Part shown: one piece after another, positions 1 to 10,809 of the stretch | Layout: each line of letters opens with the position of its first letter | Numbering within the stretch: the stretch's first letter is position 1 | Position numbers and translations under genes: made by a program | The notes under the pieces: model-generated | What the model was told of the DNA's origin: nothing | Databases searched by the model: none | What the model saw: only the letters and a program-made list of their open reading frames with translations | From: Cyanophora paradoxa CCMP329 | Lineage: Eukaryota; Plantae; Glaucophyta | Assembly: GCA_004431415.1 (NCBI GenBank) | Contig: QPMI01000198.1 | Location: 1-64,000, forward strand | Direction of reading: 5' to 3' | Length of the DNA stretch: 64,000 bases

Positions 1-1441
1 GCGTCGAGGGGCGCGGAGAGGCCGGCCTTGCGGGCGACGGCGTCGCAGAAGGCCTTCACCATCTCCTCCCGCCCCAGCGCCCCCAGGCTCTGCACCCCCC
101 TCGCTCGGGCCGGCGCGGGGCGGGGCGGGCGGGGGCGGGCGGGGGGGCGGGGGGTTGCACGTGGAAGGCGGCGGGGGCGGGGGCGGTGTTGCAGTAGACG
201 GAGAGGGAGTCGAGGCGGACGAGCTTGTGGGCCCGGGCCGCGCTCACCACGTACGCCGGGCTGTACTTCTCGTCCGTCGAACGCGCCGAGATCGACTCCA
301 GCGTCGCCCCCAGCGCCAGCGGCCGCTGCCCCGCCCCGTCGGCGCCCCGGCGGGTCTGGCGGGGCGGGGCGGGCGTGCCTCGGGGTCCGTGAGGGGGTCC
401 TCGAACCGCACGTGCACGTTCTCGATGCGGACCTGCGCGAGAGCGCCTCGGCCGGCGCGCAGCCGGCGCGGGCGCGTGGCGGGGCGGGCCTGCAGGTTGT
501 CGACGATGCGGGTGGCGATGCGGGCGGCGAAGCCCGCGTCGGAGGCCGAGGCGCCGGCCCCGGACGGAACGCCCCCGCCCGTGGCGACGTCGCCCCCCCG
601 CCCTCCCGCGCCTTCGCCTCCGCCGCCATTTGCTCTGCCGCCCCGCCCCCCCGCTCGCCCGCCCGCCCCGCGAGGCCCGGCGCGCTGGGGCGGGGCAGGG
701 CGGGCGGACCGAGGAGGGCGGCCTTGGCGGCCTTGCGGATGATCTCCGCCGTCTGCAGCTTGTCCCGCTTCGCCGCCACCCGCCGCTTCCCCTCCTCCGC
801 CTCATCCCACTGCGCGCCGCATCGGCCCCGCGCCCCGCGTCCCCCCGCGCTGGCGCGGGGCCCACGCGGACCTCGGAATTGGGCGCCGCGAGGACGTAGA
901 CATGCTGGATTAGCACCTCAACCGGCTCGCTCTTCAGTTTCGACCAGGGGACCTTGAGAGTGAGCTTCCCCAGGTACCCTGCCGCATTCTGTCAGCTGCG
1001 TGGCCGGCGGCGGGCCGCACGGCCGGTGCGGCGGGTCCTGCAGCGCTGCAGAGCTCGCCCATGCGCCAATGGGGCCCCCGGGACGCCGCCGAGCACGCGC
1101 GCTCTTCGGGAGGGCGCACCGCGGCGGACGGTGATCGGTAGGTTGAGCGAGTCGAGGGACTCGGGCCGGAGCTCGAGCTTCTCGAGGCGAATGTCCCCTG
1201 CGCACCGAACCGCCGGCGCAGCGCTCCTCTCAGAGAGGGCGCACGGGGCTCGTTGCAGCGGGCGCACCCTTCCATACGCCGATGTTCAGCTGCTCCCGGT
1301 TGAATCCCTTTACGTACTTGCCGAGATATCGATCGAGGAGGTCTGCGAAGGGACGAGGGCGCGTGTCGACCGCAAGCAACCACTAACCGCGCGCGAGCCC
1401 CATCCGGAGCCGCGCGCACCTGCAACAATCTTTTCAAACAT
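1..1441 (-). CDS. VPS13: VPS13-family lipid transfer protein, N-terminal chorein region (multi-exon; runs off the left edge)
   Basis: Spliced exons from ATG 1441 give MFEKIVA..RYLGKYVKGFNREQLNIGVWK/GDIRLEKLELRPESLDSLNLPITVRR/GYLGKLTLKVPWSKLKSEPVEVLIQHVYVLAAP..IVDNLQ/VRIENVHVRFEDP..LGATLESISARSTDE..HKLVRLDSLSVYCNT. These match the chorein_N/VPS13_N pattern. Confidence 0.92.
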
Positions 1442-1644
1442 TTTGCCGAGCGCGGGGGCATCGGCTGAAGCCCGCTTCTGCCAGGCTGTTGGCGAGGGGG
1501 GATACCGCCAAATTGTCGAGGTTGGCCCAGCTGCCGACGATCTTCTGATCGGGCGACAAGATCAGGCTCTACTAAACATTTCGCCCCCGCGCCCGCCCGG
1601 CCCGCGCCGGCTCCAGCGCTAGCGCCGCCCCCGCCGCGGCTTGA

Positions 1645-1790
1645 ATTACGATTGAATTCGAAGGAGCGGAGGTTTGCGATTACGATTGAAGGAGCGGAGG
1701 TTTGCGATTACGATTGAATTCGAAGGAGCGGAGGTTTGCGATTACGATTGAATTCGAAGGAGCGGAGGTTTGCGATTACGATTGAAGGAG
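1645..1790. repeat. Tandem repeat, 34-bp unit (attacgattgaattcgaaggagcggaggtttgcg) with one 28-bp deletion variant, ~4.5 copies
   Basis: Read directly. Units abut with no spacers. Confidence 0.9.
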
Positions 1791-2949
1791 ATTCGTATAT
1801 ATGCTGCCTGGAGGCTGGCGCCCGGGCCGCGCCCCTCGCGATCGTCCCCCCCCCCCCCCCCCCCCCGCCCCCCCCCGGGCCCTCCCTTCCTTTTTTAATT
1901 GCACTTGGCGTAGCCTGATATTGTAGTGGACCAAACAATTCCGTGGACCATCAAATTTTTTTGGTCCGCGTTTTTGATCCATCTTCGAGTAAATGCGTAG
2001 CCCGACACAAAGAGGGGGATTGTGTGACGGGAGGGCGAGCCCTGCACGGGTAGCAGCGCATAGAACCGCGTGGGGCAGCGCACCCAGTTGCCGAACCAGG
2101 CCTGGCGCTCAGTAGCGGCGGCAACATCCGGGCCTGAATTTCGAAGTCGATCTGAACTCGAGCACTCACGATCGCGTGGCACCGACTGCTCTCTAGATCT
2201 AGCTGCGCCCTGTCGTCAGTCGGTGCCACGGTGCCCTGTCGACGTCGTCTTCGCCCGCGTGCCACATCGCGATCGATATCTAGCCTATAGCTATGCTCGG
2301 GCTGCGAATCTGCAGCAGCCCGCACGCGCAGCAGCCCGTCCGCCGCGCGCGAGCGCAATATTGCGCATGCGCATGCAAGCGCAGGCTCGAGCCTGCGTGC
2401 AGCAGCAGGCAGAGCATGCATATGCGCAGACGCGAGTGTGCGCGCTAGCTCCGAGGCTCCACGATCGATTCCACACGCTATTGCTAGCGCTATAGTATAG
2501 CTATAGCTAGCGCTAGCGAAGCTGCATGCGCAGCTAGATCGACGACGCCTGCGCCGACAGCTGCAAAGAAGCGCAGGCGGCCGCCAAAGCGAACGTCAAC
2601 ATCAAGGTCTTCACGCGCAGGCTATAGCTAGGTGTGCAGAGGCGTTAACGTTCCATCAGGCCAGCGGCTGGCCCACGGGTCTTCTGGCGACGTTCCCCAT
2701 GGCCAGCTCGGGCGGGCGCTTCTCTCCGCCGAGGAGATCTTCGAATTCCTAACAATCAAGGTGGGTCCCCATGCATATATATGTTACGCAAGCGGTCTAG
2801 TCTGCGTTACACTTTGTTACACAAATGCGCAACACAATTGTTTCACTATGTGTGACACATTGCATCAATTTGCGCAACGTTTGCGTAACACAACGACGCA
2901 GCGGGAGCCCACCCCCCCCCCCCTTCCCCCCCCCCTCCCCCCGACGGCC

Positions 2950-3555
2950 TCGCAGCGGCTCGCGAAGGCTCTGGAGCACTTCCAAATCGACGTCATCGGC
3001 GCCTTGTACGCCCCCCGGGCCCCGGCTCGTTCCCCCTGGCATCGCCTCACCCCCCGCAGGGGCCTGGACGTGGGGGCCTCGACGGGCGGCTTCACGGACG
3101 TGCTGCTGGCGAGCGGCGCGTGGCGGGTCTACTCCGCTCGGACGAGCGCGTCGTCGTCCTCGAGAAGACGAACGCGCGGAGCCTCCCCCCCCCCTCTCGC
3201 TCCCCCCCCCCCACCCCCCCCGGAGCCTCTCCCCCGCCCCCGCCCCCCGCCCTAACCCTAACCCCGCCCTCGAGCTCGAGCTCGCTGACGTCGTCGTGTG
3301 CACGGCCCCAGCCCCCCTCCGGAGCCCTCCCCTTCTCGGCTGAGGCCCGGCAGGTGCGACGCGTCGTTCATCGGGCTGGCGACGGTGCTCCCGGCGGCGA
3401 TGGCGCTGGGCGCCGACGGCTGCCGCCTGGTGGCCCTCATCAAGCCCCAGTTCGAGGTGGGCAAGGGCAACGTCGGCAAGGGGGGCATCGTGCGGGACCC
3501 CGCGCTCCACCGCGCCGTCTGCGAGCGCATCCTCGCCTGGCTCGACGACCCCGAC
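2950..3555 (+). pseudogene. tlyA: TlyA/FtsJ-like rRNA 2'-O-methyltransferase fragment with introns, inside the TIR element
   Basis: RLAKALEHFQIDVIG/GLDVGASTGGFTDVLLASGAWRVY, LRSDERVVVLEKTNAR, CDASFIGLATVLPAAM, LVALIKPQFEVGKGNVGKGGIVRDP. The S4 domain and the AVDVG motif are missing and there is a frameshift near 3130. Confidence 0.85.
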
Positions 3556-3957
3556 GGCCGCCACGCCGCCCAGCGCGCCGGCCTCTCCGGTCGCAGCCCC
3601 CACGGCCACGGCCCCTGCCCCCGCGCCAGCCCCCGGGTCGCGGCCCCCGCCCCGCGCCGGCGCCATCCCCCCGGCCGGTTGTGCGGGAGGCTCGGCGGGC
3701 GGCGCCGCGGCTCGGCGGGCGGGGCGGCGGCTCGCCGGGCGGGGCAGCGGCGCCGCGGGCGGCTCCGCGTCTCGTCGCATGGGGCGGCGGCGTGGTGGGC
3801 GGCGGCGTGGTGGGCGGCGGCGCGGCTTGCGGGGCGGGAAGGAGGCGAGGCGGCCGGCGCCGCGGCTCGCCAGGCGGTGCGTGAGGCTCGGAGTTCGGCG
3901 GCGCGGCTTGCCGCATGTTAACGTTGTACATGCATATGGCGATGTTTAAGAGTAACA

Positions 3958-4185
3958 TAGGGGACACGTCACAGCGTTGTGGCACGGTGGCGGGGCATGG
4001 TGGGGCACGTCGGGGCACGGCCGCATGGTGGGGCACGTCGGGGCATGGTGGGGCACGATGGGGCACGTGGGGCACGTCGGGGCATGGCCGCAAGTAACAT
4101 GTACTAGAATCCTTAGGGGACACGTCACAGCGTTGCAATTGGGGCACGGTGGCGGGGCATGATGCATATGGGGCGCGTCGGGGCG
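3958..4185. repeat. 10-bp-unit minisatellite (ggggcacgtc/ggggcatggt) with a duplicated ggggacacgtcacagcgttg block
   Basis: Read directly. Confidence 0.75.
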
Positions 4186-4880
4186 ATTTCGTTCCAACAA
4201 GGGATCATCGGATGCCCAGTGAATGAGTGATCATGCCATGATGATATATAACTTAGTAAGGCTTGTTTAAGCCTTTATAAATTATATGCAATATGCATGC
4301 TGTTATGTATATTCAGTGGTAATGGAGTCACCCACCGAGGTCAGTTTTCATGATGACAGAAACTGGTGAGGTTAAGTTGTCAGGTTTCGAATTCAAGTTT
4401 GAGAACTCGTCAGACATTTTTTCGGCCTCGTACGGGCAAGGGTAATTTGCGAGTCCCGACCTTTTTATATATCCTGAAAGCCCCTTTAATTGTCGTTCTC
4501 ATGATGTCCTCTGATCTCATACACCTAATTTCCATCCAAAGATATGCAGTTCGGAAAGAATCGAGTACGTACTGATGCCATGATGTGGATGGCATATGGT
4601 GCCCTGGTCTCGATCTGGTCATCCCCCTCAGGGCCTAACGCTCGGCGCCCCCGGCTCATCTTATAGATTCTGAATCTCTGATGCAGGCGCTCCGATGCAG
4701 GCGCGGGGCCCGTCCTGGGGAGAACGGGCGCAGTTCCGCGGGCCCATCCCCTCATGTGCCCCCCTCACTCCCTCGAGGCGAGCCTTTTGTCTCGCGCCCG
4801 GCGGCCCCGGCTCATCTTATAGATTCTGAATTTGAGTTTAATACACGTCGTTCCTGTGTGCTCTCACGCTCGCCGCCCCG

Positions 4881-5790
4881 CCCGTCGAGCCGCGCCGCCG
4901 CCGGCCGCTCCGATCCTCCGCCCCGCCCAGAGCCGAGCCGCGCCGCCGCCCGCCGCGGCGCCGCCCCACCCGTCGAGCCGCGCCGCCGCCGGCCGCTCCG
5001 ATCCTCCGCCCCGCCCAGAGCCGAGCCGCGCCGCCGCCCGCCGCGGCGCCGCCCCACCCGTCGAGCCGCGCCGCCGCCGGCCGCTCCGATCCTCCGCCCC
5101 GCCCAGAGCCGAGCCGCGCCGCCGCCCGCCGCGGCGCCGCCCCGCCCGTCGAGCCGCGCCGCCGCCGGCCGCTCCGATCCTCCGCCCCGCCCAGAGCCGA
5201 GCCGCGCCGCCGCCCGCCGCGGCGCCGCCCCACCCGTCGAGCCGCGCCGCCGCCGGCCGCTTCGATCCTCCGCCCCGCCCAGAGCCGAGCCGCGCCGCCG
5301 CCCGCCGCGGCGCCGCCCCACCCGTCGAGCCGCGCCGCCGCCGGCCGCTCCGATCCTCCGCCCCGCCCAGAGCCGAGCCGCGCCGCCGCCCGCCGCGGCG
5401 CCGCCCCACCCGTCGAGCCGCGCCGCCGCCGGCCGCTCCGATCCTCCGCCCCGCCCAGAGCCGAGCCACGCCGCCGCCCGCCGCGGCGCCGCCCCGCCCG
5501 TCGAGCCGCGCCGCCGCCGGCCGCTCCGATCCTCCGCCCCGCCCAGAGCCGAGCCACGCCGCCGCCCGCCGCGGCGCCGCCCCGCCCGTCGAGCCGCGCC
5601 GCCGCCGGCCGCTCCGATCCTCCGCCCCGCCCAGAGCCGAGCCGCGCCGCCGCCCGCCGCGGCGCCGCCCCGCCCGTCGAGCCGCGCCGCCGCCGGCCGC
5701 TCCGATCCTCCGCCCCGCCCAGAGCCGAGCCGCGCCGCCGCCCGCCGCGGCGCCGCCCCACCCGTCGAGCCGCGCCGCCGCCGGCCGCTC
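4881..5790. repeat. 88-bp GC-rich tandem satellite, ~10 near-identical copies, with a degenerate continuation to ~6110
   Basis: cccgtcgagc recurs at 4881, 4969, 5057 ... 5761 (period 88). Part of the degenerate tail (5822-5890) is inverted relative to 3766-3828. Confidence 0.92.
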
Positions 5791-7102
5791 CTCCGCCCGC
5801 CGCGCCTCCGCCCCGCCCGTCGAGCCGCGCCGCCGCCCACCGTGCCGCCGCCCACCACGCCGCCGCCCCATGCGACGAGACACGGAGCCGCCGGCCGCTC
5901 CGATCCTCCGCCCGCCCAGAGCCGAGCCGCGCCGCCGCCCGCCGGGGCACCGCCCCGCCCGTTGAGCCGCGCCGCCGCCGGCCACACCTCCGCCCGCCGC
6001 GGCGCCGCCCTGCCCGTCGAGCCGCACCGCCGCCGGCCGCCCGTCGAGCCGCGGCCCGCCCGCTGCTCCTCCGCCGCGCTCGTCGAGCCGCGCCGCCCGC
6101 CCGGCAGGCTGCCGATTGCGTTACACAGTGTTCGCCACAGTGTATGGAATGTGTTACGCAACTCATGTGTGGCTTATGTGTAACTCAATGTAAGAGACTG
6201 CGTAACACAATGCACACAGGCGCACCTTCAGAGGCAGTACACGGAGACTGAAACGGGCTCCTCCGGCGGCGTCGCTTCCCCTCGGCGGCGTTCCCAGCCG
6301 TCGGTCCTTCTTGCCTTTGTCCTTCGGCTCGTCCCAGATGTGCCTTTTAGGGTCGATGTGTGTTCAGGAAGGTCTCCCCGCTGCGGCCTTTGCCGCAGTG
6401 CAATTGGCTTCTTTGCGGACGGCCGGTCGCCGCCAGCTCCCGGCAAACGCTGTGCCAAGGCTGCGCGCGACGATAGACAACACGTCTGGGCTCGAAGCGC
6501 TAGCGGGCGCGGCGGCGCAGCGGCGCTCAAGCTCGTGGCCTGGGCGGCGCCTTCTTGTTCGAGCTGCTGCAGCTGCTGCTTCAAGAAGGCACGTTGTCCG
6601 CCTCCGGCTCCGCGGCTCCTCGCTTCGTCGCGAAGTAGATCTAGAAGCACCGGCGCATGCGCGCGATGCTTGCGCAGTGCGGGACGCGAGGGCAGCGAAC
6701 CTCTGCCTCGTTAAAACCTTCACATCAGCTGCGCGCCGGCTCCATCGATCGTGCTTGCACTTGCACTTGCACTGTCGACGCTGCCCTCCTTCCTGCCGCG
6801 GCCACCTGCACCGTCGACGTCTGGCTTCTAGATCTTGCCCATCGTGCGATCGCCCCGGCCGTACGCGTACGAGCTCTAGCTATAGGGATCGACTGCGGCT
6901 CTAGCTAGCTGTATCCTGGCGTAACGCAATCCCCCGCTTTGTGTCGGGCTACGCATTTACTCGAAGATGGATCAAAAACGCGGACCAAAAAAATTTGATT
7001 TTTTTTTTTGGTGAATTACCGGCCACAGTCTCTAGACACCAAAAAAATTTGATGGTCCACGGAATTGTTTGGTCCACTACAATATATAGAGGCCGTGCGC
7101 AG

Positions 7103-7694
7103 GTCCGCCGCGGGCGGCGGGTGCTGAGAGGCTGGGTGGCGCGGCAGATGCTCTTCTTCGGGCACTACAGGTCCGCCCCCCTTTCCGTCTCAGGCACCTG
7201 CATAGAGACGCAGCTCGCTCCCAGGTTCCGCGAGGACCTGCATCTCGCCTCCCGTCTCCGCCCTGGCTGTAGGGTGCACATCGTCCGCGAGGACTACACC
7301 TCCAAGACGTGCGGGAACTGCGGGCACATCCACAGCAAGCTCCGGGGCAACAAGGTCTTCTGCTGCCCGGCGTGCGGGGCAACCATGGACCGCGACTTCA
7401 ACGGGGCGCGGTGCGTGCGCGCGCACCTCGGCCCGGGCCCCATGGCCAGTTAACGTTTTTCCTGCCCCGCCGCGTTACATTTCTCGCAGGAACATCACGC
7501 TTCGGAAGGCCTCGGGTGCGGACGACGCCGACGGGGAAGCCCCTCCGCTGGAGGTCGCGGCCGTCGACGTCGACGTCCCGGCACGAGCTCGAGCCCCGGC
7601 CCCGGACCCCGCACCGGATCCGGACCCTGAGGCGCCCGGCTCCTTGTCGGCGGCCCCGCCACCGGCGAAGAGGCAGCGCCTGCAGTTTAGCTAG
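7103..7694 (+). pseudogene. Fanzor (eukaryotic TnpB-like RNA-guided nuclease), 5'-truncated C-terminal part with two introns
   Basis: Exons 7103-7170, 7225-7410 and 7490-7694 give ARQMLFFGHYRFREDL...VHIVREDYTSKTCGNCGHIHSKLRGNKVFCCPACGATMDRDFNGARNITLR...PPPAKRQRLQFS*. This contains the ExYTSKTCxxC...CxxC zinc ribbon and the RuvC-III DRDxNGARNI motif. Confidence 0.88.
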
Positions 7695-7744
7695 CTATAC
7701 CTATGGCTAGCGCTAGCGCTAGCGCTAGCTCCTCGATCGCGAGC

Positions 7745-7945
7745 TAGCTCTCCGTTGGTTGACCACCAACCTCTTCCGCCCACAGTCTTGTGCGGCGCCG
7801 GTTAGCGCGTAGACCGGATAGAGGGGCTCCGTTCCCCAGGACTCTCCCGGCCCTTTGTTCACAGCGTCGAAGTCGTACCATATACACGTAGTGTGTGCTG
7901 TACCCGTAGACGCGTGTCACAGGCCGAGTTTGTTCAATTGCAGAT
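7745..7945 (+). ncRNA. Candidate Fanzor omegaRNA / element right end
   Basis: Lies just downstream of the Fanzor stop and has several stems: gttggt/accaac, caca/tgtg with ccgc/gcgg, ccggt/accgg, tacac/gtgtg. Position is typical of omegaRNAs; boundaries are unverified. Confidence 0.4.
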
Positions 7946-8705
7946 GAACGATCCATGCCCCCGCTTCAGGCGCATTGGCCGCGGTGCAGCGCTAGCGGCC
8001 CGCGCTCTTTGATGCGCGCCGGTCCAGCTGCGGGTGCTTTGGGTCACCCGCGCGCAGATCGCGCGCTTCCGCACATTTGCAGCTGCAGCTGCAGGGCGCG
8101 CGATGCGGACTGGGAGTCGCCGACTTACACGTCGCGTTCGGCAGACGCTACAGCGGCTGCAGCGGAGACTCTACGTTGAAAGCAGCTGCCACACTCTGAC
8201 ACGGCTGCGTGCGCGTCGGGTCGTTATTCGGCCGGGGTGCGGTGCGCCGGGTGCGCGGCTCCCTCTCTTGCGCTTCACTGGTTCGTCCCTGACATCGATT
8301 ATATAATTAGCTTCCGCCGCGCCTCAGCTTCGAGCTCCTCTCTTCTCTCCCTCCGACGCAGCCAAGAGTAACAGCCCGGCAACGTTAACGGATGCCGGCT
8401 GCGGACTCTGGGCCAGCCTCCGGCCGCGGCCGCGGGCCGGCGCCTCCCCGGCCGCGGAGCCCCCCAAGGGCGATTGCCAGCAGCCCTGGTCGACGTCCCG
8501 ATGCCCGCAGCGCTCAGCGGCTATAGCTAGTAGCGCTAGCGCTCGAACTCTTCCTAGTCCCGAGCCCCGGCGCCGGCCGCCACTATGGCCCCGTTGGCTG
8601 CTCCGCGAATACCGATCCTCCGTTTTCATTTTTTGAAATCGAGACAAACATTCAAAGAACGACAGATCTTCTGTTAAGATGAGAAACGCGGCGCGAGGCT
8701 TAGAT

Positions 8706-10490
8706 CTAGAGCGTAGCCAGCAATTGCAAGCACCATGCTATCGGGAATCGATATATCAATCTAGAATGGCGCGCCCAGCCATCAGCTATGTCCGGCGCAG
8801 GCGGGGCACTAGGGGCTCGGCGGGTAGCTATAGTTGGAGGGGGGCCGGGACATGGAGCGCTCCCGGGAGCGGCCCCGCGGGGGGCTCCCGGAGCGCCCCC
8901 GCGACCGCCGCTCGCGGCGGCCGGCGGGGCTCTCCGAGCGCTCGCGGCGGCGCGGGGGGCCGGCGAGGGCGGCGCGCGCGACCGAAGGAGGAGGGCGGGC
9001 GCGGCGCGGTCGCCCGCGGCGGCGGCCCCCGCGAGGGCCCCGTACGCCTCGCTGAGGACGACGCCGCGGCCGCGGGCCCGCACGTGCTCGAGGGCGCCCC
9101 GGCGCAGCTCCGCCGAGCCCGTCGCCTCGGCGGCCCGCAGGCACGCCAGCGCCTCCTCGTGCTGCTCCGGGGCGAGGTCCACCCGCAGGGCCGCCCGGCG
9201 GGCGAGGGCGGGGAGGGCGTAGTAGTCCCCGGCGCGGTGGAGCTCGAGGAGCTCGGCCGTCGAGTGCGCCCCCGCGGCGATCTGGCCGGTGTAGAGGTAG
9301 CGGAGCACGGCGCGCAGCGTCTCCGGGGAGAAGCCGCGGACCTCGACGCTCCTCGACGCGGCCTCCGCCATGCCCGACGCGAAGAGGGCCCGGAAGTGCT
9401 CGCTCTGGGCCCGCAGCACGAAGGAGTGCGCCCGCACGGGCGTGCGCGGCTCGACGCGCCGCCGCTTCTCCCCGCCGGGCGCCTCCTCGGCGGCGAAGGT
9501 GAAGGTGACGTCGGGCTCGGGCAGGCCGGGCGGGGCGGGGAGGCCCAGGCACGCGTCCAGCAGCTGCCCGTACCCCTCCAGCGCCGGCTCCAGCAGCTCC
9601 GAGTCGGGGCCCGCCGCGGGGATCGCCAGGCTCGCGTCCGAGAGCGGCACCAGCGTCTCGTGGTCCAGCCCGAGGTTCCCCTCCACCACGTGGCCGGGGG
9701 GCGGGCAGGCGCCCCGCACGCGCTCCCAGCGGGCCTCCTTGCCCTTGCGGGAGAGCACGGGGTAGACCTCGCAGTCGAAGAGGTTGCCGGCGAGGCGCCC
9801 CGAGGAGGGGAGCTCGAGGCGCAGGCAGCCGCGGCGCTCGAAGAGGCAGCCGGCGACCTCGGTGCGGACGCCGGCGGCGACCCGGATGTCCGTGCGGGAG
9901 AGGCGGCAGGCCTCCAGCGCGAAGGTCGCGACGCCCTCGACGTCGAGCATCTCCCCGTCCAGGTAGCAGTGGCTCAGCTCGAGCGCGGTGCCGCCGGAGA
10001 CGTGGAGGCCGGCGCGCAGCTCGCAGCGCTCCAGCCGCCAGCGCGCCCCCTCGCCCGAGAGCTTCAGCGCCGAGGCCACCACGAGGTTCCGCAGCACGAG
10101 CGTCCCCCCGCAGCTCGCGAAGCACTGCTGCACCGTCGTCCAGCTGTAGTCCCCGCGCCGGCACGCCCGGCAGGGCGGGCCGAGGGAGAGCTTGACGGCG
10201 CCCTCGCCGGCCAGCGTGATGCTCCGCGCCCCCAGCTGCACGCGCGCCTCGCACGCCGCGCACTCGTTCTTCGAGTCCGCCGCCGGGGACGGGAGCGCCG
10301 GGAGCTCTTCTTCGTAGGTGCCCTCCCGCACGATCACCGTCGCCGACGCCCGGTTGCTCGCCTTCTCCACTACGTCCCACGCCGCGCCAATCGACACGAG
10401 CACTCCCTCCTCCCCCTCCGCGCTCCCCTGCGCGTCCACCACCAGCTGAATGGTCTCCGGAACGCTTGGCTCAAGCGATTTACTCGCCAT
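8706..10490 (-). CDS. Protein with N-terminal right-handed beta-helix (pectin-lyase-like) region and C-terminal BTB/POZ domain
   Basis: ATVIVREGTYEE...SITLAGEG and repeated xLxxC strands, then PDVTFTF..VRAHSFVLRAQSEHFRALFASGMAEAASRSVEVRGFSPETLRAVLRYLYTG (BTB). The 3' end is uncertain (8706 or 8809). Confidence 0.85.
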   Translation of the reverse strand: MASKSLEPSVPETIQLVVDAQGSAEGEEGVLVSIGAAWDVVEKASNRASATVIVREGTYEEELPALPSPAADSKNECAACEARVQLGARSITLAGEGAVKLSLGPPCRACRRGDYSWTTVQQCFASCGGTLVLRNLVVASALKLSGEGARWRLERCELRAGLHVSGGTALELSHCYLDGEMLDVEGVATFALEACRLSRTDIRVAAGVRTEVAGCLFERRGCLRLELPSSGRLAGNLFDCEVYPVLSRKGKEARWERVRGACPPPGHVVEGNLGLDHETLVPLSDASLAIPAAGPDSELLEPALEGYGQLLDACLGLPAPPGLPEPDVTFTFAAEEAPGGEKRRRVEPRTPVRAHSFVLRAQSEHFRALFASGMAEAASRSVEVRGFSPETLRAVLRYLYTGQIAAGAHSTAELLELHRAGDYYALPALARRAALRVDLAPEQHEEALACLRAAEATGSAELRRGALEHVRARGRGVVLSEAYGALAGAAAAGDRAAPALLLRSRAPPSPAPRAAASARRAPPAAASGGRGGAPGAPRGAAPGSAPCPGPPPTIATRRAPSAPPAPDIADGWARHSRLIYRFPIAWCLQLLATL

Positions 10491-10809
10491 GGCTCGGTTG
10501 TAATTGTGCTCGCCACGCCGCGATGCTTGGCTACCAACTGCCAGCACCGGGGCGCGCTCGCCTGCCTCAGCTGCAGCAACTTGCCACCAGGCTGTCCGGC
10601 TGACCACCCTCGCTTCATACGAGCAGTGGGGGGCTGAGCGGGGAAGCGAGGTCTCAGGTGATTGCTGGCTTTTTTTGGGCTGGGAAATCCGCTACCCACC
10701 CTTTGCAAAACCAGTGAGTCAAATCCGCTTCTGGCGTCGACAGGATTCGCTCCGCCTGCATCGCATACAGGCGCCATCATCGATCCTAGCCCCTGAGACA
10801 GCCCGCAAC

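Larger units (their letters stand above)
1922..7081. mobile_element. Non-autonomous TIR element (~5.16 kb), TGT...ACA termini, ~100-bp TIRs, possible ATAT target-site duplication (Ginger-like)
   Basis: 1922-2022 is the reverse complement of 6927-7081, with one mismatch and a 54-bp insertion in the right copy. ATAT flanks both ends (1918-1921, 7082-7085). No intact transposase lies inside. Confidence 0.72.

Noticed and set aside
1645-1790. 34-bp repeats as a CRISPR array
   Set aside because: Units abut without spacers, there are no cas genes, and the context is eukaryotic.
3251-3265. ccctaaccctaaccc telomere-like motif
   Set aside because: Only ~2.5 units, too short to call an interstitial telomere.
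2950-3555. Functional TlyA gene or bacterial contamination
   Set aside because: It is truncated and frameshifted, and it contains spliceosomal introns.
4681-6183. Long ORFs (377-500 aa) on both strands
   Set aside because: They result from a stop-free 88-bp GC satellite and are open in nearly all frames.
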